Assembly (NCBI RefSeq): GCF_006345805.1
Contig: NC_043001.1
Coordinates: forward strand, 76,260,001 to 76,324,000
Origin: Octopus sinensis
Taxonomy: Eukaryota
Reading direction: 5' to 3'
Length of the DNA stretch: 64,000 bases
In this document: positions 52,791-64,000 of the stretch, in pieces
Position numbering within the stretch: position 1 is the stretch's first letter
Layout: the number at the start of each line of letters is the position of its first letter
Position numbers and translations under genes: made by a program
Notes under the pieces: generated by a model
Told to the model about the DNA's origin: nothing
The model's database searches: none
The model's input: only the letters and a program-made list of their open reading frames with translations

Positions 52791-53735
52791 TATTTGTACA
52801 TGAGTGTCACTACCATACAAGCTGTGTCATTAATTTCCAATGTTCTGTGAAAACGTGGTTATAGTGAATTATTACTTTTCTTGGAAAGGTAAAGGTGGGT
52901 ATTGGAAAAGCATCTGGCTGTGGTAAAATCTGTCTCAATAAACTCCATCAGACCCTTGCAAGCATGAAAAAGTGAATGTTAAAATGATGACGATGATGAT
53001 GATGATTGGAGTATTAAATAGAATGCCCTGTCGTCTCAACACCCTGAGTTCAAATCCTATTGAGGTCAGTCTTTTTATCCTTTTAAGGTTGATAAAATTG
53101 TACCAATCCAGGGTAATGGATTGATGGGACTATTAGAGAGTCAGATCAAGATACCTTGTGGTATCTCCTTCAGTTCTTTGCATTCTGATAGCAATGTAAC
53201 TAGTAATATTGGTGTAAACTTGCATCAAATTGGCTCAGTGGCTTTTCCCTTAAACATCAATGGTATAGAGAAAGGAGATTTGCATTCATAGGTAAGGCTG
53301 ATGCTAGGAAGTTTGGGGTTCAATCAGAGAATTGTCAGTGGAACCCTCTACACTACAAAAGTTGAAGAATGATATTTTATGTATCATGTAGTATGGCAGT
53401 CCCAGCCAAAAAGCACTGAGGGCTTGAAGCTCCACCATTAGCCACAATGATGTACTAAAAATTTGTCATGTTGACCTCCACTTGAGCATGTGCATGGAGC
53501 CCTCTCTTGGCATGGGGTCCAGTCTGAACAACCTTGTTCATAGGACAACTGCCAGTCTTCTTCAAAAGATCATGACCAGGCCTCAGCATTCATGTGCAGA
53601 AATAGGATCAACCATAGCTGATTGAGGCCCTAGGTAAAAGTGAACTTGATTTTATAACAATGGTAATGTTAATGATAATGTCAATACATACACAACTAAC
53701 AGAAATACTTTAAAAAATTGGACAATGTGTCTTAC

Positions 53736-53853
53736 CTCTTATTGTAAAAGCGTTCATAAACAAGGGAGTGCATTGAGAAATCTTCAACTTTTTGGGAGGT
53801 GGCGGCTCCTCAGTTGTCTCCCCATCAATATTCACAATAAACAGATCTTCAGA
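53736..53853 (-). CDS. APIP: APIP exon containing the SQCTPLF motif
   Basis: attttgtag acceptor and gtaaga donor. Translates [39 protein letters not shown]. Confidence 0.95.
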
Positions 53854-55142
53854 CTACAAAATATAAAGTTATACAGGTTTGTTTGTCTTTTATTTTTTTC
53901 ATTCAAGGAATCAGATTTGTAGGAACACAAAATAGGAATTTAGAACATTCATACTTTTCCCTGAAGAGTAACTTAAGTAATTGCATATAAGGGAAATGAA
54001 AATGGCTTATTCCAGAATTTGAACTAGGGTTACTGATTTATCAAGCCAGCAGTTTACTTCAACTTCATAATAGTAACTGAGATACTTTATAAACTAAAGG
54101 CACCAAGTAGTTAACTGGTATTTCATTAGTTATAACGACAAGGGTTCCAGTTGATCCAATCAACAAAATAACCTGCTCGTGAAATTAACATAAAAGTGGT
54201 TGAACATTCCACAGACACATGTACCCTTAACCTAGTTCTTAGGGAGATTCAGCATGACACAGAATGTGACAAAGTTGGCCCCTTTGAAATACAAGTGCTA
54301 CTCATTTTTGCCAGCCGAGTGGGCTGGAACAACATGAAATTAAGTGTCTTGCTCAAGGACACAACATGCTGGTGGGAATTGAACTCATGACCTTATGATT
54401 GTGAGCCAAATGCCCTAACCATTAGGCCACATGCATCCACCATATAATTAAACTTTCTAAAATGAAATTTTATTGTCTATATTTTTCCACAGAAAACACT
54501 CTTGAAAGATTTTCTGATATCACAATTTTAAATTGCCAAATCAATGATTTTCATAAAAAATCTAAACTCCAAAAATTCATTCAATGAGCTAAGAAATACA
54601 TGTTAAACTATACTTGGCCAAGGAGGTCTAATAAGACTGAAACATGTCCAGAATTATCACCATTTTTACCAATGATCAGATTCACTCTCCATTGCATGTC
54701 TCCATTGAATGTTCAATCAATTTATAGATTGGAGTTCTCTCCCCTCACCTTCTATGAAAAACTTGTCATAGATATTAACGTTACACTTGAAATTTCAATT
54801 AATTAAAAATTTTTTAGTTCATTAAACTATGTTAACTCACACTCAACTATGTCTATGTTTGTTTCTGGACTATTTTACATTTTTTCAGATGTATTACTGG
54901 TGCAGCATTTCAATTGCTTTCTTTTCAGCTGGTACTTTCACACATTACATATCACACACACACACACACATCCCATGAACTTACTGACCCACCCATACCA
55001 CTTCTCTAATGTCACCATCCTGTACTTTGAGGGTACATCCTGACACATCTTCACCACCATCCTCTTTCTTTTCCAGTTGGGGTAATCATGTGTCCCCTCT
55101 ACAGCAAGGAACTTGTTACAGTTCTCTTATCATACTTTAGCC

Positions 55143-55427
55143 CAGTGATTCTCAAAATAGGCAGTACTGCCTCCCTGGGGGCAGTGGAAAGATCCAGGGT
55201 GAGTGGTGATCCATTGAAAAGTGGGTGATAATGAGTTGGCCGAAAGAGGGTGATGGATGTAAAAACAACAAAATAATGAATTAATTAGGTTAAGTTTCCT
55301 TTGTGAAATACAGTTGTTTCGAATTTTCAGCAGAAAGTGGTCTATCTCTGCAGTGGTGGGGGGAGGACGCTAGGAATGTGGCCTAGGTACCAAGGGGGTG
55401 GCAACCCAAAAAATCTAAGAATCACTG
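55143..55427. mobile_element. hAT-type MITE
   Basis: TIRs CAGTGATTCTCA / AAGAATCACTG; 8-bp TSD ctttagcc/ctttaacc. Confidence 0.8.
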
Positions 55428-55728
55428 CTTTAACCTCACAGCATCTGGCAAAAAGCTATCTTTCTCAATTTTACACACTTACATAAGAAAGGATCTTATC
55501 TCTTTTACTATTTTATTCTTTTACTTGTTTCAGTCATTTGACTGTGGCCATGCTGGAGCACCACCTTTAGTCGAAGAAATCAACCCCGGGACTTATTTTT
55601 TGTAAGCCTAGTACTTACTCTATCGGTCTTTTTTGCCGAACCTCCAAGTTACAGGGACGTAAACACACAAGCATCGGTTGTCAAGCAATGTTGGGGGGAC
55701 AAAGACAGACACACAAACATATACACAC

Positions 55729-55776
<48 letters not shown>

Positions 55777-57374
55777 TTATACAACAGGCTTCTTCTAGTT
55801 TCCGTCTACTAAATCTACTCACAAGGCTTTGGTCGACCTGAGGTGATAGTAGAAAACACATGCCCAAGGTGCCACACAGTGGGACTGAACCCGGAACCAT
55901 GTGGTTGGTAAGCAAGCTACTTACCACACAGCCACACCCGCACCTTTTCAATTTACTTGATGACTACACTAGTGTCATTGCTATACAAAAAGCACCACAT
56001 ACACTCTGTAATGTAGTTGCTGTTAGAAATGGCATTGAGTCATAGAAACTACTTATATACAGCGTGGAGTCTTTAGGAATTTGTGCAGTCCTCTGACAAG
56101 CCAGATCCTGTCTAACTCATGACAGCATGGAAAACTAATGCTATATGATAATGATGATGGTGATGATCATCCAAAACTCACAGCTCCAGTCCCTCAATTC
56201 ATTCACAAGTGCAAGGCAACAGTGCAGACAAAGAGCACTTATTACAACACTTCAAGAAATTCATTCACCCTTATAATCTAGATGGCTTCTATTTGGCATA
56301 CAACTTCTGCAGCACCATTATCCAAAAATAAAAGATGCATCAGACAAGCTGCAAGCTCTCCTGCTTTACAAACTGCAGCTAATCCTTTCAGTCCCTTGCC
56401 AAAAGGATCTCTACTAACAACCTACTTTGCAGAACCCTCCTATCTACTTCTCAACCATGAAGTCCTACAAACCCATGTGATCATTGAAAAATGGCCACTA
56501 AAACAATGATTATGATGATGATGATACACACACACACACACACACATATATAGTTTACAATTCCATTATAAGTTGGATCAACAAAAAAGTACTCCATCCA
56601 GTGAGAGATAGATATCATTTAATATACACAATTTACAAAAGAGCTACTAATAGCTTTATGCTTTAGAGATACAATAAACTGGTACATTTATATAACATGC
56701 CATGTATCTCCAAGTTATCTTTCAGGCACAGTGCATATCATTAGATGTATTTAAAACCTAAGGCACTGGTCTATGAGAAAACATGAGCAAAACCAAGAAG
56801 AAAAAAATGCAAAGAAGGGTGGTGCAAAAAGTGGAACAAGAAAAAAGAAAAGAAAAGTAAGAAAACCAAGATCTTCATCCTGTTTGTCTGTAGAAAACAT
56901 AATTAATCTAGCTGGAGTAGAGTAATAAAACAGAAAGAAGGCTGAATTCTGTGAGATAGCTACTCAATCCAGAGCAGGTGGCATCCTTCAGCTGAACAAA
57001 AGAAACTTGTCTATGTGCTTGCATTTGCTAAAAATTTCAGATCTAGAATTAAATAGTGTGGTGGAATTCTTGGACCAAAACAGAATGTGTGATCTTTCAG
57101 CTATGTATAACTTGCTTCTCTTTGATCAATTTATATATGGCATAGATTTCTCCATAATTCTCCACTTGATTGTATGTGGTATGTAGTTGGTCCTCAGATC
57201 CCATGCCTAGATAGCCAAATTAGTGGCTTTATTTTTATCAACATGTTGAAAAGAAAACTGGTGGCTTGCATAATGGCTTTTAAAATTGCCTTTGTATAAA
57301 CTGATTAAGTATATATATACTTATATATATATCATCATCATCATTTAGCATCTGCCTTCCATGGTAACATGGAT

Positions 57375-57418
<44 letters not shown>

Positions 57419-57485
57419 GGTCCCGGGTTGATTCGGGGTTAACCACAGTAAATAAGGTACTCAATACATAGCAGAGTAAAATTAA

Positions 57486-57725
57486 TTTATTATATAGAAG
57501 GAGCTTCTACAGGACTAGAACTGTTTCATTCAAGAGAAATCTTCAGGAAGCTAGTTAACAAGAATTGTATTGGCATTTATACATTTAGGCAGGTTTAAAG
57601 TCCCCCACCAACACCCCTTTAAACCTGCCTAAATGTATAAATGCCAATACAATTCTTGTTAACTAGCTTCCTGAAGATTTCTCTTGAATGAAACAGTTCT
57701 AGTCTGTAGAAGCTCCTTCTATATA

Positions 57726-57730
<5 letters not shown>
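57486..57730. repeat. Near-perfect foldback (~114-bp arms, 16-nt spacer) within (TA)n, probably a Penelope-type terminal repeat
   Basis: 57486-57600 is the reverse complement of 57617-57730 with one indel. Confidence 0.9.
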
Positions 57731-57766
<36 letters not shown>

Positions 57767-57811
57767 AATACACACAAAATTTATTATATTATATAATCTG
57801 TTTTATATATA

Positions 57812-58340
57812 CAGGGTTACTCAAAAAGAATGAACCGATTTCATTACACAATATTTTAATAAGGAAAAGCAATAGAAAACTCCAGCTAAGTCACAAGTAT
57901 TTACTCACAATCAACTTTTATTTCCTGTCTTACAAGTATTCAATATGGCTACCACCTGCAGCACAGGCAACATCAATGCAATAAGAGAATTCCTCCCAGA
58001 CACATATCAACATATCAAAAGCAAGTTCATTATGGAACTAGAGAATAAATTCACTTTGCCTGAGGCAATTCCAGAAAATATTGACATGGAAGGGAAATGG
58101 TAAAACTTCAATAAAGCATTCAACCAGACAGTCAAAGAAGTACTCAGTGGATCATGATATGCTGATGCGCATCAGGAAGGAATTCTTTTATTGCATTGAA
58201 GTTGCCTGTGCTGCAGGTGGTGTAAGACAGGAAATAAAAGCTGATTGTGAGTAAATACTTCTGACTTAGCTGGAGTTTTCTAATGCTTTTCCTTATTAGA
58301 ATATTGCATAATGAAATCAGTTCATTCATTTTGAATAATT
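57812..58340. mobile_element. Tc1/mariner-type foldback built from two inverted transposon 3' ends
   Basis: TA-CAGGGTTACTCAAAAAGAATG end. The left arm reverse complement encodes DMLICVWEEFSYCIDVACAAGGSHIEYL*, and the right arm has a decayed copy on +. Confidence 0.75.
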
Positions 58341-58354
58341 TTATGTGTGTGTGT

Positions 58355-58392
<38 letters not shown>

Positions 58393-58742
58393 AAAATCAA
58401 ATGGAAATTGTAGTTGTGATACGTGCCAGTGGCACGTAAAAAAACACCATCTGAACGTAGCCAATGCCAGCACCGCCTTGACTGGCGTTCATGCCAGTGG
58501 CACGTAAAAAGCACCACCGATCATGGATGTTGCCAGCCTCCTCTGGCCCCTGTGCCAGTGGCATGTAAAAAGCACCCACTACACTCATGGAATGGTTGGC
58601 ATTAGGAAGGGATTCTAGCTGTAGAAACACCATCAGATCAGACTGGAGCCTGGTGCAGCCTCCTGGCTTCCCAGACCCCAGTCGAACCGTCCAACACATG
58701 CTAGCATGGAAAACGGATGTTAAACAATGATGATGATGATGA

Positions 58743-58787
<45 letters not shown>

Positions 58788-59960
58788 TGTAATCTTGCAG
58801 ACCAAGCCTCCATACTTGTAACTCAATTTGCATCCCAGCTTCTATCCTCTTCAGTCACTCAGAATAGAATATAACCTAAACTTTTCCATCATTCAAGATA
58901 TGTCACAATTTTTGGAAACCTACTACAGTGTCCCACTTTTGACTGCTGCTACAATTACACAAATAACAATAGCATTCAAACTCCCTTGACGTTTTGTCAT
59001 TTGTAGTAACAACAACCTTTGCATTTTGTTTACAGAACCAATAAAATTTTGTTTGCCAAAAACCTCAACAGATTTCATTGTCTTCTTCATACATGTCCCG
59101 GGACTGCATCTTGCTCCAATGTCTGCAATGGCAAGGTTTTTACAGTTGGATGAGTTTCCTAATGCCAACCATTTTACAATGTGTACAGGGTGGGCTTTTT
59201 TTTTCATGCCACCAGCACTATTCAGATCACTATGTAGCTCACAAGTTAACAAAATCCAATGTGTGAGGTGGGGTTGGGGTGTCTTTATGCTTGACAGGGG
59301 GTTAAGGTATGAGAGAAGAAGGTATGGTGAAGCAGGTTCTTGTCATAGAGGAGCTATATTTCTACTCACATACAGGGAAGACAGTGAGACTGAATCAACA
59401 GTATCTCCAAAGAGATAATTAGTAGTGACAAGGTGTCCAGGTGGTACCTCAAGGTATGACATGAGTAGTAGTGAATGGGGACAGAGAAGCTAAGTATGTG
59501 TGGTTGGGTGGGGATTGGCAAAAGTGTAGGTGGGGTGCAAAAGATTGGAGAAAAGGGATCCTAATCTTTGGAAACATACCACAGTATCCCATTTGAAAGA
59601 AAGGTAACCCCTCTGACTCAGACAACTATCTTACAATATATTGCAGCAATTGACAGTGTCAGCATTGGTCACTTTCCAAATGTTAACTACTCAAATGTGA
59701 TGTAGAAGCAGGTGGCACAGGCATGGCTGTATAGTTAAGAATTTTACTTCAGGAACATGTGGTTCCAGGATCAAACCCACCAAGTAGTACATAAGACAAG
59801 TTTTTTTTTTGTACTACAGCCTTTGCTTGGCCAATACTTTGTTGCAGAATACAGTTGAAAGGAAGCTAGGTCTGCGCATGTAAAGGGGTTGACATGAAGA
59901 TGGTTAGCCATCCATAGAAGTCATGCAAGCATGGAACATAGATGTTGAATGATGACGATG

Positions 59961-59994
<34 letters not shown>

Positions 59995-60139
59995 TCTCCA
60001 GACAATGCATACTCAGAAAATAACTCAGAAAATAACTACTCAGAAAATATATGTTGTTTGTTCTTATGTTGAGTTATAATAAAAACAATTTTATATTAAT
60101 CTGATGAGTTACACTATACTTTTGTAGAGTACAAATTTA

Positions 60140-60258
60140 TAATTCTTAAATGAGAATATTATTGACAGTGACTTCGAAGTTACAGCCAGTTGTCCAACAA
60201 TGGCTTAGCTGACCGAAACTTTGAAGTCACTACCGATAAGATTCTTGTTAAAGAATTA
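60140..60258. mobile_element. Small foldback or MITE with ~40-bp imperfect arms
   Basis: taattcttaaatgagaat..gtgacttcgaagtt / aactttgaagtcac..attcttgttaaagaatta. Confidence 0.6.
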
Positions 60259-60613
60259 TCTATTATATAAAATCCGTTCTATCTGCCTGTGTGTGTGTCT
60301 TCTAGGATCTCAGGAATCCTCCATCCGATTGCACTCAAATTTGATATGTAGATACTGACGGTATCAGGGCATGTATAAGTCTTGAAAAAATTACAAAAAT
60401 TGATTCCAGGTGAGAATGCGATCAATAAAGCCGTGGGAACGTGCATTTGTACGTGCAAGTACATCAGTCAAAATCCGTCTTTTGCTGGTGTCTCAAATTT
60501 AGGTTAAAGCTTATGGGATGGTCAGACAAGTTGTTCTGAGAAAATTTGGTTTAAATGTTTGACAACTCAGCACCGTCCATTGGATGGATGGGGGGGGGGG
60601 GGCGTCTTGCTCG
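60259..60613 (+). mobile_element. Helitron-like non-autonomous element
   Basis: A|TCTATTATATAAAA 5' end and a GC-rich 3' region ending CTCG|T. Confidence 0.45.
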
Positions 60614-61643
60614 TATATATATATATATATATGGGTGGGGGTGCATACATACAAAATTTGCCTCAACAAATTCTGTCCAATACATGCAATCATGGAAAAA
60701 TAACTGTTACAAGAATGATGATGATATATGTTTTATATTATAGATTTTGTTATGTGTGCATGCACATGAGCACGTGCATCTCTTTCACCAATGTTTATCA
60801 TTGAAGTATGTAAATATCAGTAAGAAACAAAAAGAACTGCTTTACAAAGAAGGTCCCTTAAGATATTCATTCAACACTGAGCAACAGGCACTTCCTTTTC
60901 ACTCTCATCCTTAGAAATGTAGTTAACCAGCAATTAGCTGCTGGAAACTTTTAACCAACAATTTAATAGTTTACAAATTGCAATTAATAAAAAACCATCA
61001 TCATCATCATTTAACACTTTAGTATTCAGACTATATTGCCAAATATAATACTTATTTATTCACATTTTATAAAATTAATCTTATATTATCTTGTAGCTTT
61101 GAGATTTCAAAGATGTGATTGCTTATTCTTAGAATGACATTGCATGGTTGGTGTGAGAGGCTGGATCTGGTCAGTTTGAAAATAAAACAAGTAGAATATT
61201 TGGGCCACATATGCTAGTTTAAGTGCTAAAGAGTTAACATCCATCTTCCATGCTGGTATAAGTTGGACAGTTCAACAAGATCTGATGAACCAGAAAACTA
61301 TGTCTAGCTCCAATACCAGCTTTGGCATGGTTTCTATGCCCTTCCTAATGTGAACAACCACAGAGAGCGTAATGAGTGCTTTTTTGCTGTTTTTCATGGC
61401 ACTAGCCATGACACTAGCACAAGTAACTTGCAAGACAAGGCCCCTCACTGAGTAGGGTTGAAATACTGAGGGGGGTGGCTTTGGATCTGAAAGGGTTGAA
61501 GAGACATCATATATAAACCAATACAAAAAATAAAGAAAGAAATGTATGCGTGGCTGTGTGGTAAGAAGATTGCTTCCCAACCACATGGTTCCAGGTTCAG
61601 TCCCACTGAATGGCACCTTGGGCAAGTAAAAGAATAAACCAAC

Positions 61644-61692
61644 CTTGATTCTTTCTTTCTGAACACCTGATGGAGCAATATATATTTCATCC
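61644..61692 (-). CDS. APIP: APIP exon
   Basis: ttttttcag acceptor and gttggt donor, 49 bp. Translates DEIYIAPSGVQKERIK. Confidence 0.94.
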
Positions 61693-62074
61693 CTGAAAAA
61701 AAGTAAAAATGGAAATATATCAATTATCATCATCATAATCATCATCATCATTTACCATACTACTTCCATATGTATGCGTGTGTGTGTACATATATGTGTG
61801 AATGTGTTCCCTTGTCTTACCATCGCATGATAGTTGTAAAATGATTGCCACTGTCTTAAAAGCATTGTCATTTATTTCCAATATTTTGTGAAAACATGTC
61901 TGGCCATGATGTAACAGGTTAACGGTATGTGGTTGGCAACAGGAAGGGTATGCAATTGTAGAAAATTTAACTTGAAAATATTCTGTCCAACCTATGCAAG
62001 CATGGAAAATTAACATTTTGGTGGCGGCGGCGGCGACGACAATGACGAGGAGACTCATTCAGGGTAATACTTAC

Positions 62075-62169
62075 TTGTGTTTTATGCTGATTCCTCCACC
62101 AGTTCCTGTGCACCAACCCAAATGATAGAATTGGCGGCACAATTCTGGAATCAAGGTGCGTGGGTGTTC
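62075..62169 (-). CDS. APIP: APIP/MtnB first internal exon found in the window; the start-codon exon was not located
   Basis: Acceptor (T)n-gtgaag and donor gtaagt, phase 0-2. Translates [31 protein letters not shown], matching human [31 protein letters not shown]. Confidence 0.94.
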
Positions 62170-63334
62170 CTTCACAAAAAAAAAACAATAAGCAGAAATA
62201 TCAACAACAGAAAATTGATAAGAAAACAATAAATCAAATAATATATATTACGTAACATAGCATTTATTTTAATAACAACTAAAAAAAAGAAAATAAGATA
62301 TATCTTATATCAAGAAACATCAAAGAGGTGAGAAATTTTACACAAATCAAATGTGTAGTTCTGTTTCAATACCAAGTTGGAACTATTTTATGCTGCCCAC
62401 TGTATTTGATAGCAGATAAGATCTTTTTTATTTGTTTCAGCCATTTGAATGTGGCTATGCTAGGGTACCATCTTGAAGGGTTTTACAGTTGAACAAATCA
62501 ACCCCAGGACTTATCTTTTTTAAGCCTGGTACTTATTCTATCAGTCTCTTTTGCAGAATCCCCAAGTTATGGGGACATAAACACACCAACACCAGTTGTC
62601 AAGCAATCGTGGAGGACAAACACAGACACACAGACACACTCATAAATATATACAGAGGCAATGATTAGAAACCAAAACCTTTGGAGATATGCTGTGATTG
62701 AGAAGACCCAGCAAGCAAAGTGAGATCATAACTGTAGCCTATACCAGTATCGCATAACCAGCCCATTTAAAAAGTACCCTTGAATCACCGGGCGATACGA
62801 TGCACTTGAGAAGACCTACTGAGTAAAGTAAAATCAAAAAGATAAAAAATCAAAAGCAAATCAAGATCGAAATCAAAATGGAAATTGTAGTTGGAGCTGA
62901 TGCCAGTGCTGCCTGACTGGCACCCGTGCCGGTGGCATATAATAAGCACCATTCAAGAGTGGGTTGATACCAGTGTCACCTGACTGGCTCCCCGTGCTGG
63001 TGGCATGTAAAAAGCACCATCTGAACGTGGTCAATGCTAGTCCTCCACCCTACACCCCCTGACTGGCTCCTGTGCCAGTGGCACATGAAAAGCACCATCC
63101 AATTGTGGTTGATGCCAGTACCGCCTGACTGACTCCCATGCTAGTGGCATGTAAAAAGGACTCACTACACTCTTGGAGTGGTTGGCTTTAGGAAAGGCAT
63201 CCAACTGTAGAAACCTTGCCAGATCAGATTGGAGCCTGGCACAGCCTACTGGCTCGCCAGTCCCCCAGTTAAACCGTTCAACCCATGCCAGCATGGAAAA
63301 CGGACATTAAACAATGATGATGATCTATGCAATA

Positions 63335-63591
63335 GTTAAGGAATTGAGTAGATTAGATCCAAGCTACATATGTTTCATAGCAAGCAGAACTTCAGAAGTG
63401 GTAAATATCCAAGCGAGATGTTAACATGTTAACATGTACTTCCTTGCGATAATGTAAACTTTCATTTAATCAAGATATCCTTGGCCTGAAGAGTAGCCTG
63501 TGGTATACACCTCACTTAGATATTTACCACTTCTGAGGTTCTGCTCGCTATGAAATATGTAGCACTGATCTTATCTACTCTATTCCTTAAC
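63335..63591. repeat. Diverged foldback with ~82-bp arms
   Basis: 63335-63417 is the imperfect reverse complement of 63511-63591. Confidence 0.75.
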
Positions 63592-64000
63592 TCTTGTATT
63601 CTTACTCACATAGCCAGCAACCCTGGTTGACTGCCGTGAAGTATAAAAAGAACTTTTCAATTTATCATACTTTGATAAGAGAAAAATTCACAACCTTCCA
63701 TCTGAATAAACCAATATTGTCCCTCAAAGTTATTTTTTATATTTACTACAGATAACTCGAAGCTAACTTTCACTTTCTCCCTACACTTCGGTCCCTTGGA
63801 TCTTATATTCATTTACATATATATATATATATATACATACGACAGGCTTTTTTCAGTTTCCATCTACTAAATCCACTCACAAGGCTTTGATCAGTACAAG
63901 GCAATAGTTGAAGATATTCGCCCAAGGTGTCATGCAGTGGGACTAAACCCAGAACCATGTGGTTGGGAAGCAAGCTTCTAACCACACAGCCATGCCTGCA

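Noticed and set aside
56282-56430. Minus-strand open stretch VVSRDPFGKGLKGLAAVCK.. in an APIP intron
   Set aside because: It has no credible splice sites, no recognisable motif, and is not needed to complete the APIP frame.

Overview
AT-rich, microsatellite- and SINE-dense animal genomic DNA. The repeat families suggest an octopus or other coleoid cephalopod (inference). The window holds two convergent spliced genes. On the + strand are the last five coding exons of a SCUBE gene (Cys-rich repeat, CUB domain and C-terminal tail; 8497-19674). On the - strand are seven coding exons of APIP/MtnB, methylthioribulose-1-phosphate dehydratase (62169 down to 43975); its first exon was not located. Introns and the 24-kb intergenic gap contain tRNA-derived SINEs, a young CR1-type LINE, RTE fragments, mariner/Tc2/hAT/Merlin-type MITEs and Helitron-like elements. 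The most notable signal not shown by the ORF track is a set of sequence-unrelated repeats carrying type I hammerhead ribozyme motifs with short palindromic helix III, most next to (TA)n tracts. They include a near-identical ~472-bp tandem-plus-inverted array (32107-33520) that looks like a retrozyme or Penelope pseudo-LTR, an inverted hammerhead pair (29333-29650), a decayed ~305-bp hammerhead tandem in a SCUBE intron, and an intact-looking hammerhead (35983-36060) at the apparent edge of the CpG-depleted APIP domain. All calls are from manual reading; no searches or folding programs were run.
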